Below, one piece after another: positions 47,172-60,123 of a stretch of DNA of 64,000 nt. The stretch's first letter is position 1. Each line of letters begins with the position of its first letter. A program made the translations under genes and the position numbers. The stretch is from Azolla caroliniana (taxonomy: Eukaryota; Plantae; Polypodiophyta), in contig JBHGNT010000015.1 in NCBI GenBank assembly GCA_043228905.1, positions 5,952,001-6,016,000 of the forward strand, given 5' to 3'. The notes under the pieces are model-generated. The model was not told the DNA's origin, did no database searches, and saw nothing but the letters and a program-made list of their open reading frames with translations.

Positions 47172-49260
47172 GGAAAGTGCTATTTGTCCCCCCATTTTGG
47201 CAAACCCCCCCCCCCCCCCCCTAAATTTATAGAACCTAATATAACCAAATGAAATTGTTTATTAATTAATTAATAAACTCAGCATAGCTCAGATTCTCGC
47301 ATATCGCAAGTGCATGCATTATGACTAGCTTGACCACATTTGGAACATTTGCGACCAGTAGAGTACTCAAATAGTGACTTCTCCCTTTGGTTGGCCTTTT
47401 TGTTCTTCAACCCTATAGGGCGACCTCGCTTCCTAGTCACCACCACTAGATTGGAGAGAGACTGCAATGGTGCCTGACTTGCTTCATCCAATTGTGTCAT
47501 GAGAACAACAACCTGGTCATCGTCAGTTTCATACAATCTTTGCTTGATGTTCCTCATCAAACGCTTTCTAGGAGACAAACATGGCTCAACTATAGCGACG
47601 GATTGAACCACTAAACACGCAATCAAGTGCCATTGACGGTGAATATCTTCAATATGGAATCTTTCATTTCTTTGGATGCATCTCAAAATGTCATGACAGC
47701 ATAGGACACCAAAACTTGATCGAAACAACCCCGTACATTCATCACCATAATCGTTGTCAATAACTTTCTTGTACTACTCCAATAACTTGTCTAATGCGTG
47801 TTTGGATATCTTCTTTACCAGCGGCCTCATGAACTTGACTGCATGTCTATGTGCCAGTCTAGACTTGTCAAACTCCATTTTGGTGTTCAATTCTGTCAAC
47901 TATGTGTCTAGTAGTAAACGAATTTTCTTGAATGCAGTGAGCAGATCGTTATTTACAATGCCTAAAATCCTCTTGACGACATAATGGTTGCCTTCACTAT
48001 GAGAGGTGTTGGTCGTTCCAAAGTGGGGGAAGCGACCAGTCCAATAACGTACAATCTTGTCTTTGTGAATCAGCCAAGTCTCGTATGCACACTAGACCAA
48101 CGCATCATGACTTGGTCACCATTTCGTTTGAAACGTGGCCTAGTTAGCCTCAAAATCTAGCTCGCTGGAAGAGTATAGAAGCTGGTTCCAGTCGTCCATA
48201 TAGGCGTTTGTGTCGTCGGTGCTTGCAACCTTCTTCGTTGCATAGGCCAGAAAGTTTTTTTTGACATGCCAGATGCAAAGCAAATTCTTTGTATAAGGGA
48301 ACATGATAGCAATTGCAGTCATCAAGGCAAGTTCTCGATCAGTTACAACTGACCGGCCAACATGGCTTTGTCACAAATTCGAATGACTGTAGTGCCCAAA
48401 CATACATGGGTTTCGTCTCGTTGCATATGAATGCAAATCCAGCATTGAACGTGCTATTTGTGGCTGTAATTCCAACGATGTTGAGCAACGGCATGCCAAA
48501 TCTATTCGTTTTGTGGTGCAGTCCATGACAAATACCACATTGAACCGTCTAGCAAGATCTGCTGACTTCTGATGACAAATGAAAAGGCCACTAATTGAGC
48601 CGTTCGGGTTCACCTTGACATTGAAGATAAAGTCATGAGTGGAGATCTCATCGTACAACACTTGAATTGGCGAGCGCCCGTCAAGAAACTCGGCTCTTGC
48701 AACCACTTTTTCGTTGTAGATTTCTTTCCTGGTGGTCCATTGATTTCCAGTTTTTTCTCTCAAGTAGGCTAGAGTTGAAGTTGCACATGTTCCAGCATTT
48801 GCCATGTCTCGAACAATGGTTTTTTCTGTTTTAGTTAGTCTACGAGCTGTTGATATACCACCAAGATTGTTAGCAATAGGATGGTTGTGCGCAATAACTG
48901 CCTTTTTAATAGTCCACTGTCCCGTTTTCTTCGAGAAGTTTGCTCTAACGAAGAATGGGCAGACCATTAGACGAGTTCCTGTTTGTCTTTTGCGAGTATC
49001 GTCAGTCAAGCCTAGAGGGTTGCGATATTTGCCCCCATAGTAGCACTTGAAAGTGACTTTTTGGTTGTCGCTATGCTTATCCAATACAACAATGATATTC
49101 TGAGCACGGAAATGGTCCTTGATAAAACTAATCAGAGCCCCTCTCTCGGTGAAGGTTTTATTGATAACTGAAGTTGAAGACGCTTGTTGAGACATGTTGC
49201 TGAACGAGGTGAGAACTATCAAAAATTTTAAATAAAATGGGGGGGCAAATAGCGCCTTCC
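47172..49260 (-). mobile_element. Mutator-like (MULE) DNA transposon, 2.1 kb
   Basis: ~27-bp imperfect TIRs (GGAAAGTGCTATTTGTCCCCCCATTTT vs reverse complement GGAAGGCGCTATTTGCCCCCCCATTTT) around a transposase. Confidence 0.85.
47279..49195 (-). pseudogene. MULE transposase, disrupted
   Basis: FAR1-like CPF..HNHP domain, FVMDCT, LLCIWHV, SWIM-like C..GVLCCH, RKRGRP AT-hook, CSKCGQASHNACTC knuckle; frameshift and stops. Confidence 0.88.
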
Positions 49261-49364
49261 TATATTGCCATGAAATTTAATTTTAAAAACCTTTTATTGA
49301 CCCTTCAACAATTGTGTATACATAATAATATTAAATTTCATGGCAATACAAAAAACCTTTTATT

Positions 49365-51011
49365 CCTAACGATACAACATACCCCAAAAATTCCACTTGA
49401 TTCTGGCCGAAACTACACTTTTCTAATTTTGCGTAGAGACCATATTCTCGGAGTCGGCGCAATACTTGACAAACCTGTTCATCATGCTCCTCTTGGGTCT
49501 TTGAGTAGATTAAAATATCATCTAGGTAAACTATAGTGAAGATATCAAGAAAATCTCAAAAAATATCGCTCGCCATATGTTGGAAAATAGCAGGTGCATT
49601 CGTGAGACCAAATGGCATCACTGTATACTCAAAATGTCCATAGCGAGTGCGGAAAGCTGTCTTGCATCCCCCGGGCGAATCCGAACTAGATTATATGCTC
49701 CGCGAAGGTCCAACTTCGTGAAATATTTTGCACCACTAAGACGTTCCAAAAGATTCGGGATTAATGGCAGAGCATATCTATTTCGGATAGTCACTTTGTT
49801 TAGCCCTCGATAATCCACGACCAACCGAAGAGTCCCATTCTTCTTCTTAACGAAGAAGATAGGTGCACCAACAGGGGATCTAGAATGCCGAATGAATCCG
49901 TTTGCCAGATTCTCATCAATATATTCCCGCAAAGTCTCTAGCTCTACAGGGGAGAGATTATAAATTGGGCCCCATGGAGGTTCTTTCCCTGGTTGTAAGT
50001 CAATAGGGCAGTCGTATGGCCGATGCTCTGGCAATGTATTGGCCTTCACCTTATCAAAGACATCTGAAAACTCCTTGTATTTCTCTGGTAGTTTAATATC
50101 CGCTTCACGTGAAGTGGATGATGGAGTTGCTATTATTGCGAAGACGAACATGGCCTCGTTCCCCCCTTCCTCCTGCAACTGTCGTAAAGAGGTGGGCGAT
50201 AACTCCAGGGATCTATTAGCACATGTAGGAGAGAGGGATACGGGATTTGTGCTTTTTTCCCGGGTCTCCTCAATTGTTCTTTTCATCCAATCAATCTTCG
50301 GGTTATGGAGTTCAAACTAGGGGAGACCTAGAACTATTGGGTGGTCCGGACTACGAATAATATTGAAAGAGATTATGCTTGCCAAATTGCCAAGAACTAT
50401 CCTAATTGGCTCGGACTCCTCGACTATATCTCCTGATGCTATGGGACGTCCATCAATGACTCCTACGGCTACTGGGCTGGGAAGCTTATTCAAGAGGATG
50501 TTTTGTGACAAGGCAAATTCATGATCCATGAAACAAGAGTTGGCTCCAGAATCTAGAAGGGCAGAGGCTAGGACTCGATGACATGTAGATGTGGTAAGCT
50601 CGACTTGTGCTGAAAAAACTCGACTCACTTGATTTGATGAAATGGAACCACGACTAGGAACTAACTCTACATAGCTAGGATGGTCCAGCCAAATGGCTCC
50701 TATTTTGGCCGAACTTACTCGTTTAACACATCCTCTAATTGACTCAAGACATCGAATCTATTCTCATGACATGGACTATGAGGCTTATTTATGTTATTAG
50801 AAGTAACAATAGAACTCGATGTAGGGTTTTCATGGGCACTTACTTGGTATACTTGACGCCTAGGTTTATGTGGACAATTTACAGCTATATGTCCTGGACC
50901 GCCACAATACAGGCAGAGGCGATGTGCTCGCGCAAACCCGAGAAAACATTGCACATCACGCACTGAAAGGGGCGTTTGCCACTCTAAAATTGCTTGTACC
51001 TTCATGGGGTC
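49365..51011 (-). mobile_element. Tcn1-like Ty3 fragment (gag knuckle, protease, RT), related to B, permuted
   Basis: [34 protein letters not shown]. Confidence 0.9.
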
Positions 51012-52546
51012 TCACGATCGAAGTTGTATGCGTACATTCCGCCACGATCCTCGTAGTCGGAGTTGTGCCCGTACATTCCACTATACTCTTCGTAGTCGGA
51101 ATTGTGTGCGTAATTCGTGAGTTGTCGGCTTGTGGAAGCCGATTCACGCATCTTCTTTCGGCACTCTTCTTCGTGGTGGTCGAGCTTTCCACAATATCCG
51201 CATTTGGTTGCGTTTTGATGGCTCGAGCCGGAGTGGAAGCTCCCCCTTCTTGCAATGGTTCCTCGTTGGCTTCCGTTTTGCGGCTGAAATTGGGAGTTGT
51301 TATCGTCGGTCGGACCTCGTCCGCCTTGTCCTTGGCCGAATCGGCCTCTCGGTCGTCCGCGTCCTCTTCCTCCGTTTGAGCGCGTGTAGAGCATGTGATC
51401 TTCCGACTCATTGCTCCTTGTACGCACGTGGTTTTCTTCGACCAATAGCATTGATTGGAGCTCGAAGAAGGAGGGAGATTTCTCCCGTGCTAGAACGGCG
51501 GTTCGCATCGCGCCGAACCGTGGTGCGAGGCCGCCGAGGCATATTTGAACCATCTCATCATCATCAATATTTACGCTTATTGAACCGAGCGAATCGCAAA
51601 GCTCCTTGATCTTCGAGGTGTATGTCGTGATGGACATGTCCCTTTGTTGAATGTTGTTCAACTCTTGGCGGAGTTGAAGCCTTCTTGCGGTTGTGTTTGC
51701 CACGAAAATCTTTCGTAGATTTTCCCATGCCTCCTTCCGCATCTTGGATTCGCGAATGTAGCTAAGCATGTGGTCGTGAACACATGTCGTCAAGCAATAC
51801 ATCACGTGGCTTGTGGCTTGCTCCCATGTCGCGTATCTAGGAGCCGCTTCGGCGGGTCGGTCTTCATGCGCTCCTTTGATGTAGCTCCAATAGCCTTGTC
51901 CGACAAGGTATTGGTGCATCTTGTACTCCCAAGATGCGAAGTTGTTTCGATCCAACTTCTCGGTAGGGAGAGCGCTCCCCATTTGAGTATTCATTATGTT
52001 CATTCTTCTTCTTCTTCTTCTCTCTTCGAATGTGAGCTATGTAGCGAAGCTACGATAGCAATGAGCCGGTTCTTGGTCGTCGGCGTGGAGCACAACACAC
52101 GATCACGATGAGGCGAATGGGCTAGATCGAGCTACCAAATCGCTCTGATACCATGTAAAGAATCGGGTATGATTCTTGTGAAGCGGAAGAGATATGAGTT
52201 ATGTGTGTGTATGAGAGAGAGAGTGTGAGAATGAGAGAGACAAGGAGTAAGACACAGAGAATACGCAAGGTAAGAGTATATTAACAAAGGAGAAAGACTC
52301 AACACTATACAAGGTGGGAGGAGGGTGCTTTATATAGTCACCCTCTCTCTTCATTAACTACAAGACTCATGGAGCATGGGGAATGTGAAAGCTCATAAGT
52401 TATGTGTCATAGAATATGATTCTATGACTCGTACTAAATGCTAGAATACAAAGAGGTGACATAATGGTGACTCTTGACCGTTGGAGTGTCTATTCACTCT
52501 CAGGGTGAGTTCACACACTAGACCAAGTTGAGCTTGATTCTCAACA
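51012..52546 (-). mobile_element. Copia H 5' end: LTR 52154-52546, PBS 52142-52153, gag ORF (52003-51012)
   Basis: TGGTATCAGAGC PBS; gag homologous to F with CGYCGKLDH knuckle and a 39-bp triplicated motif at its end. Confidence 0.9.
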
Positions 52547-53931
52547 TTATGGAATTCACCATGCTTTTAAAAGGAGAAAGAAATTAAGTCTCCTAGTTAA
52601 TTTGCTTGATAAATGCAACTCATTGTTAACTTATTGGCCAACGGATGTAGAGTTGTTGGGATATCAAGAGGTATTAATTTCTGCGATGCATGATCTAACG
52701 GAAAAAAATTATCAACATACTAGACTACATCGTCTAGGACAAGAAGTGGATGATGCTTATTGGCAAAAGTTTTTTCATGACCTTCATGAATCACATGCAC
52801 GACATAATGTGGTAAGGTTAGAGGAAAATGGTATCACGTGTTCCAATCCTCAAGAAATTGTGAAGAAATGCATAGACTATTATACACAATTGTTGGATGT
52901 ACAAGTTTGTATCGATGATAATGTTAAAAAGGATAGAGATGTATTTTTTAATGGAGTGAAAAATCATGTAACGCATGATGTGGCACAATCATTAGATGCT
53001 AATATTTCAGAGGATGAGGTGGAACATGTCATGTCACATCTTACTAATGATAAGAGTCCTAGGTGGGATTGATTAACAAATGAACTCTTTAAGAAATATG
53101 TGATTAAGTTAAAGGGGCCTTTTACGGTTTTATTTCAGAAGGTGTAGACATCAGGGGAAATGCCTCATTCTTGGAAGATTGGTTTGATAAAACTTTTGCT
53201 GAAGGTGCCTTCTCCATCTTCCTTTGCTCAATGGAGGCCTATTTCATTGATGGGGGGAATGTACAAGATTTTTGCAAAAGTGATAGCCAATAGGTTGCAT
53301 AAGGTTTTACCTTCTATTATTCATAATGCTCAATATGGGTTTTTAGCAAAAAGAGACATTTTACATAATATTTTAAATGTTCAAATGGCAATTGACTATA
53401 CAAAGGATTCGAAGCAAGAATTGGTGTTGCTACAATTGGATATCGAGAAAGCCTATGATAATGTGGATTGGTCGTTTATAAATCAATTGATGTCTCATAT
53501 GGGTTTTGGTGATCGTATGTCTAAGTTGATATACACATTAGGGGAGGGTTCGGTTTCACATGTGATGTTTAATGGAGGAGTAACACAACCAATTTCTATT
53601 CGGAGGTCAGTTAGACAAGGATGCCCGGTAAGTCCTTTACTATTCACTATTGTGACACATCCTATTCTTGTTAAGTTACACAATATGGCTATGGAGGAAG
53701 AATTGCTTGGACTAAGGTTGCCATCAGGGAAGCCATGTATTGTTCAAGCTCTAGCAGATGACCATATTATGTTTTTGGCACCTAATCGGGAAAATATTAG
53801 TAAGACAAGAGATGTGTGGGAATTGTTTTCAAATGCTTCAGGGTTGAGAATTAATATACATAAATCTGTCCTCATTTCATGTACAGAACAAGATGTGTTG
53901 GGGTTGGAGTGGTCAGGAAGGATAGTACATC
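52547..53931 (+). mobile_element. L1-type LINE ORF2 reverse transcriptase fragment
   Basis: KSPRWD, WRPISL, LDIEKAYD, SVRQGCPVSPLLF, ALADD, SGLRINIHKS. Confidence 0.93.
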
Positions 53932-55555
53932 CATCGAAGCTGCCGAACTCACTGTCAAGTGAGTGAGTCGACTCATCGTCGTCGAAGCGATCGTCTTCGT
54001 ATTCCAACATTTTCGCCTTGCCTTTGTCCATCTTCGGGCTAGGCCGTGATGTGCTTTGATCACTCAAAGGCTCTTGTGGTCCGCTCAGTCGAGTCGTAAT
54101 CGGACTTTCTTCGAACATGCGCATAAGGCGATCTTCATCCTCTATCTCTTGTTCGGCGGATTTCGGGTCGAGCGGAGTCGGAGTCGGAGTTGTCTCTGGT
54201 GCGTACCAGGATGCGGACTCGTCAAAAATGACGTCTCGACTTACTCGAGATTTTCAAGTTCAAGGGTTGTAGCACTTGTACCCCTTTTGCTCCAGTGAGT
54301 ATCCTACGAGGATACATTTCTCCGACTTCGGATCAAGCTTTTGACGCTTCTCGTCGGGGATGTGCACGTACGCTATCACGTCGAATATCCGGGTGTGCGA
54401 TAAGTCCGGCTTCTTTCTGAAGTATTTTTCGTGCGGAGTGACCTCGTGCACGTCGGATGTTGTGCATTGGTTCATTAGGTAGACGGATGTATTTCCAGCT
54501 TCGGCCCAATATGACTTGGGCATATGCTTCTCGTTCATCATGGCCCGCGCTACTTCGAGGATGTGCCAATTTTTGCGCTTGGCTACTCCATTTTGTTGCG
54601 GAGTGTGTCGGCAAGTGAATTCTCGCCGAATTCCTTCCTTTCGGACATACGCCATGAAATTGTCCGAGAAGTACTCCTTGCCGCCATCCGATCGAAGACA
54701 ACGTACATGTCGGCCCGTGGCTTTCTCGACTTCATTCTTGAAGGTTTGGAAGTGTCCGAACACATCGCTCTTTTGCCGCATCGGGTAGATCCAAGTATGC
54801 CTAGAGAAATCGTCGATGAAGAGCACGTAATATCGGCATCCGCCGAATGTAGCCGTCTATGCCGGTCCCCATACGTCAGAATGGACTACGTCGAGTAGAC
54901 CTTTGCTCACGTTTCGCTCTTTCAGGAATGGGTGTCGGTGTTGCTTCCCGAATTGGCACGCTTCACATACACCTTCAATCTCCTTCTCTTTGAATGTTGG
55001 GAGTCCGATGACGACTCCTTTCAATTTCATTGCTTTGAGTTTGTTGAGATTGATGTGGCTGATTCGCTTGTGCCACAACTCTATGTCGGAGTCGGCTTTC
55101 ATGCCCTTTGCGAACATGGCTGATTTCATCTCGTGTGAGTCGAGAATGAACATTCAGCCCTCTCTTCGTCCGCGTGCGATTAATCGGCCCTCTTTTTCGA
55201 TGAAGCAACCGCCTTGATTAAATCAAACTTGCATCCCTTGCTCTACAATTTGGCCGACGGAGACCAAATTCTTCGTAATGGTCGGTACATGCAAGACATT
55301 TTTAATGTAATTTTGCTTACCTTCTTTTCCGAACAAAACATTGCCGATGTGCCGAATCGAGTGCGTAGTGTCATCTCCGGTTTCGACATAACCGGGTCGC
55401 TCCGGCTCTCAAAGTTCGAGAAACCATTCTTTATGAGATGTCATATGGTTTGAGGCTCCGGAGTCAACAAACCATACGTCCTTCGGATTGAGGGCACTAG
55501 TTGAGGTAGAGGCCAACATAGAGTTTGCTCTATGTTTCATCATGAAGATTTCGAT
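53932..55555 (-). mobile_element. Copia (H/F family) protease-integrase fragment
   Basis: WFVDSGASNHM, HSDVWGP, LRSDGGKEY, TPQQNGVA. Confidence 0.92.
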
Positions 55556-55810
55556 AGAGACCATAATCGATTGGACCACCTTAAGTCGTACATTAAAAGG
55601 CCAAATTTGAGACCTCCAATACATAAACCTATCCTCCAACCTTTTGGACACCCACTCAATAAGTTTCACATGAGAAACTTCCACCCCAATTGGACGAAAA
55701 ATCATACCACGATGTACTATCCTTCCTGACCACCCCAACCCCAACACATCTTGTTCTGTACATGAAATGAGGACAGATTTATGTATATCAAGGTGACGAA
55801 AAATCATACC
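55556..55810 (-). mobile_element. Inverted LINE piece: 78-bp duplicate of 53854-53931 plus downstream continuation
   Basis: 55711-55788 is the reverse complement of 53854-53931 with one mismatch. Confidence 0.9.
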
Positions 55811-56092
55811 ATCCAACTACATCCAATCGCCTTTTTGCGTGGTGAGGTGGGAACGAGATCCCACGTCTCGTTCTTGCGTAGTGCCTGCATCTCCTCATTC
55901 ATGGTTTCGATCCATCGCGGATCCTTGGCTGCTTCGGAGAATGTTTCCGGCTCGCGTACTGTCACCACCTTCATCATAAAGGCATAGTGATATGCCATGT
56001 AGTCGTTATAGCCGAATCGGCTGACCGGATTCTTTTCACGGGTGGAGCGATAGAGCTTTTCATTTGTAGAGATGAGGGCTTTCTTCATCCAT
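55811..56092 (-). mobile_element. Copia (H/F family) integrase-RT linker fragment
   Basis: RFGYNDYMAYHYAF..REPETFSEA..ETWDLV..KAIGC. Confidence 0.88.
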
Positions 56093-56112
56093 GAAGTGAG
56101 GTGGGACAAAAA

Positions 56113-58176
56113 TGTGATGGGGAAGTAGAGGTTGGTGATGAAAGTAGATGAAGAGATATGCAGAAGAATATGTATGAGGACCTGCCAGAGATGTGCAACA
56201 AACAACACAGATATAAAACAAGAAGAGAGACAGAAGATGAATGCAACTCTGAGCTTCAATAGAATTTATTATTCTCTTAGTCTGCAACTTTTACACTCCG
56301 AGCATATCTTTACAATGTAAGGTTTGAGCTTATATACTCAAGCCCTATATAGGGGACGTGTTCACACGACTAATACAAAGTGGAAGGAGTTGGCCTTTTA
56401 TGCCAACAAACTCCCCCATAAAAGGGCTACTCTTTCCTATGTATACAATTGATTTTTGGGTTATCTCCCCTGTAAACCTAGATTACAAATCTAATCTTAA
56501 GTTACAAGTATACATACAAGTTTGTCGGCATTCAGCCGAATTTGCAGAGGTAAAGTCAGGATCTAGCATGATTCGGCTAGCTTGTCTGAATCGGTCAAAT
56601 CGATTTGTTCGAATTGTCTTGCATCCAAATCGGCTCATTTGTCTGAGTTGGCTCATGTCTGATTCTGACTCTCGGCCTTGGGTCAATCGTCTGTTATCCA
56701 CTGAAGCTTGCTCCTGTGCTCTTTGCTGGATCCTCGATCTATCTTCAACTTTGTTTGTCCTTCGATCAGTTCCTCTCCAATCGGAATCCTCGATGAATGC
56801 TGAATCTTCGGCCTCTTGACACATCTAATTCTATGGACTTTGCTTTTTCAGTTTGTCCGATCGGGCCGGTCTTCGACTTTCCTTCTGCTCCTCGTTCGAC
56901 GCTTTTCTGCTCAATCGCTTGTCGTAACTCCATCTTTGTCCTCAATATTTCAAAGCATTGTTCTGGGAGTGACTTCGTCAAATCCGCGATTTTCACCTCA
57001 GTTTCAATATTTCGAACTTTGAGCTTCTTCTCTATTACAAGCTCGCAGATATATGATGGAATTGCACCTCAATGTGCTTCATCTTTGCATGATAGAATGG
57101 ATTTCTTATGAGATGTATTGTGCTCTAAGAGTCGCATTAGATGGTTGGCGCTGGCTTGTTGATTCGTCTTGTCACCGAGAAATCGGCAGACAATCGGTGC
57201 AGCCAGATGGCTTCCTTTGCAGCCTCTAATGCTGCTATGTACTCCACCTCTATGGTAGACAAGGTTGTGCACTCTTGAAGTTTCGACCCCCATGATATGG
57301 CGCCACTGCCATAAGTGAATATGTAGCCTGATGTCGACTTCTGATTGTCCATATTACCGGCATAGTCAGAGTCGGTATAGCCTTCGACTTCGGTCGGATT
57401 GGCCGATCTGAAAGTCAGTTGTACATCTTCGGTTCCTCTTAGATACCTGAAGATGTGCTTGATGGACTCCCAATGCTTTCGTCTTGGGTTCGACATGTAC
57501 TGGTAGACGACCCCTATGACACATGCAATGTCAATTCGGGTCACCACCATTGCGTACATGATACTTCCTATGGCCAATGCATAGGGTATCTTTCCATTGA
57601 GCTTTCTCTCCTCTTCCGTTGAGATTTCTCTCCTCTTCCGTTGAGGGAGAGTCTCTGTCCAATAGTCGGATTGACGTCTGAAGCAGGGTTGGTGTTGGCT
57701 TCACATTCTCCATGTTGAAGCACCTCAACGCCTTTTAGATGTAGTCAGATTGGGAAAGTCGGAGAGTCTTTGTCTTCTGATTTCGCTTGATCCCCATGCC
57801 CACTATGTGTCGAGCTTGTCCGAGTTCCTTCATCGTGAACTTGTCATGAACTTGTCATGAAGGCTCCTCTTTAGCTTTCCGATTTCGGCTTGATTACTCC
57901 CTGCAATCAACATCTCATCGACATATAGGATCAGATAGATCTGGAACTCATCGACTAGTTGCCGAACATACATGCATGGGTGGATTCAGACTGGTGGTAA
58001 CCAAGCTGCCTAATGTAGGAGTCGAACTTCTTGTACCACATCCTCGGCATTTGTTTTAAGCCGTAAAGGCTTTTCTTCAATCGACATACGAGGTGACCTT
58101 ACTCCCCCATCGCCGTGAAGCCTGATGGTTGAGACAAATAGATGTCTCCTTCCAAATCTCTGTGTAGGAATGTCGT
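56113..58176 (-). mobile_element. Copia I 3' half (RT, RNase H, long 3' extension, 3' LTR ~56113-56408)
   Basis: YVDE(M), IGSIMYAM, YTDSDYAG, PPT GGGGGAGTT followed by TGTTGG at 56408. Confidence 0.82.
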
Positions 58177-60123
58177 TGTCGTGGAGGATTCCGGTTACCG
58201 GGAGAGAAGTCCATCGAATGCGTGTGAACATGGGTGTGTAAGTATGCACATGAATTGAGCATAATGTATAAAAGAATGTAAATATAAAGTATTTACATGT
58301 GCTAGGTAGAGTGTTTAATAGTACTTTTAAGATCCCTTGAAAGGAGGGAAATTAAGTGAGTGATGGGAGGAGATCGAGGAGAGGATCTTTAACACAAGCA
58401 GTTGTAATAATGGCCTTATGGAGGCTAAGGGAGGGATCGATCGTTTTGGAGGAGAAGATGTTGTCGGTTTGTGCTTTGAGTTGTGGTTTGCTGCTTTGCT
58501 CATTTGGTTAGGGAGGAGGAGGCCTTTGATCGCATAGGAAGCCCGTGTGCTCCCGACCAGAGGGTCTGTGTGCGTGCGTGCGAAGCTCAAAGTTCTGTCA
58601 CCGGCCAAGTATGGCTATATTCTTTTCTCTGTTTAATCAAATATTATTGGTATTGTTGTATCCGACTCTCTTTTGTGTTGTGTTGACATCCGTTCCTCTA
58701 TTTCTGTCTCCGGGAGGTGCCTCTTCTCCCGCTTCCGTTCTTGCATATCTACTTGAGTCTCCAAGCCCGTGTGCTCATTGTCCAGAATCTGGCGATAGGC
58801 CTAGATTTAAATATAGGTTTATGAGCCTGTGTGTTCTATAAAGTTCTCTGGGAACTGAGTTGGGTAGGACACTGCAAGCTTAGTGGCCTCTCTTCCTCCT
58901 ACTCCCTAGTCCAAGACCCCCTGTGGTCCCACCCAAGCCAACACGCACACGTGGAAATCCGTGCCATCTCTGGTCAACCCGACGTGGAAGGGTGGCAAAG
59001 GAGTTCAAGATGAGGGGAGGCGAACTGGCAGAAACAATGGTGGCCGCCGTAGACTGCCTAGTGAACGCTCGAGAGAGTTCAGAGGGGCTAGATAGAGCCA
59101 TCGAAACAATAGTCGACACAACGGGTTGATTTAACGGAAAGGGTGTCACAAACTATTTGGAGGCCTTCAAGGCCAAAATGTTGATGAGAGACATTCTGGA
59201 TGACTGATAGTTGTCCGCGTTTCCTCGGGTCATCACGCCGAGCATCCACGCTAAAGTGCTCGAGATGTAGGCCGACATTCGTAATGGGTCAGAGTTTGAG
59301 GAGCGACTCCTTGAAAGGTATGGTTTGGACGACTTGTTCCAGTTATCGAAGAGGGATCTTATGGAGTGGGTCGAGCTCCCCAAAAAAAGAAGGAACACAT
59401 CGACGCTTCTCTAGGTGTTCGAGAAATGATTTGCGTGACTGTAGGCACTGGACCGGACACTGCTTGACATGGTCAAAGTTCTTCTTTTTAGCAAATTGGT
59501 TGATCCGCTTGATCGGGAGAAGGTTGGTCTTCTCTTGGAGACGGATGAAGGGCTCATGGCTAATTGGGTTGTGGTTAAAAGGGTTTGCAACCGTTTCAAC
59601 AAACGGTGCGAATGGAACGATGAGAGGTCGTTGTCGGCTGGCCCCTCCTAAGAGGATGACATGAGAGGTGCCGAGTCGGCCGGATGAGACCCGAAGATGA
59701 CTCGAGTTGGGCCCGGTTATGACCAACGTGGTCGAGGAACCATCTGGGGGCACGACGCTGGAAGAGCTGTCAAAGACGGTGCATGATCTCTAGATCGCTC
59801 AGGCTCAGAGGGATGGTGGGGCTCAATCGCGTGATCGCCGCCCGCCCAGTGACCTCATGTGCATGTGGTGCAACGGTGTCAGCCACATTCGGAGAGACTG
59901 CACTGACTTCGCCGAGGTGCTAAGGAATAACGTGGTGTACCTTAGAATGGACAAGTACACTCGAGATGAATACCAGACGAGGTGACATGAAGAGGTTGAC
60001 GGAGGAGGCTACGCCACGACATGTCGAAGTCATCCAGTACTCAGCGTCAATTGGTATCCGGGTCAGAGGGGAGAATGCCAAGGTAGGAAAGGGTGTCAGA
60101 TTCTGGCCAGTAGTGTTGGAAGA
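58177..60123 (+). mobile_element. Decayed Ty3 element C, relative of family A (5' LTR 58177-58966, Trp-like PBS 58971-58989, gag remnant)
   Basis: Starts TGTCGT; LTR end CCTAGTCCAAGACC.CTGTGGT.CCACCC matches A; gag FNGKGVTNYLEAFKA parallels A FNGKDVSRYLQDYKA. Confidence 0.85.

Noticed and set aside
55409-55816. Chimeric LINE-Copia ORF (also 53744-54124, 50715-51005) as novel fusion genes
   Set aside because: Chance in-frame reads across rearrangement junctions with no promoter or completeness.
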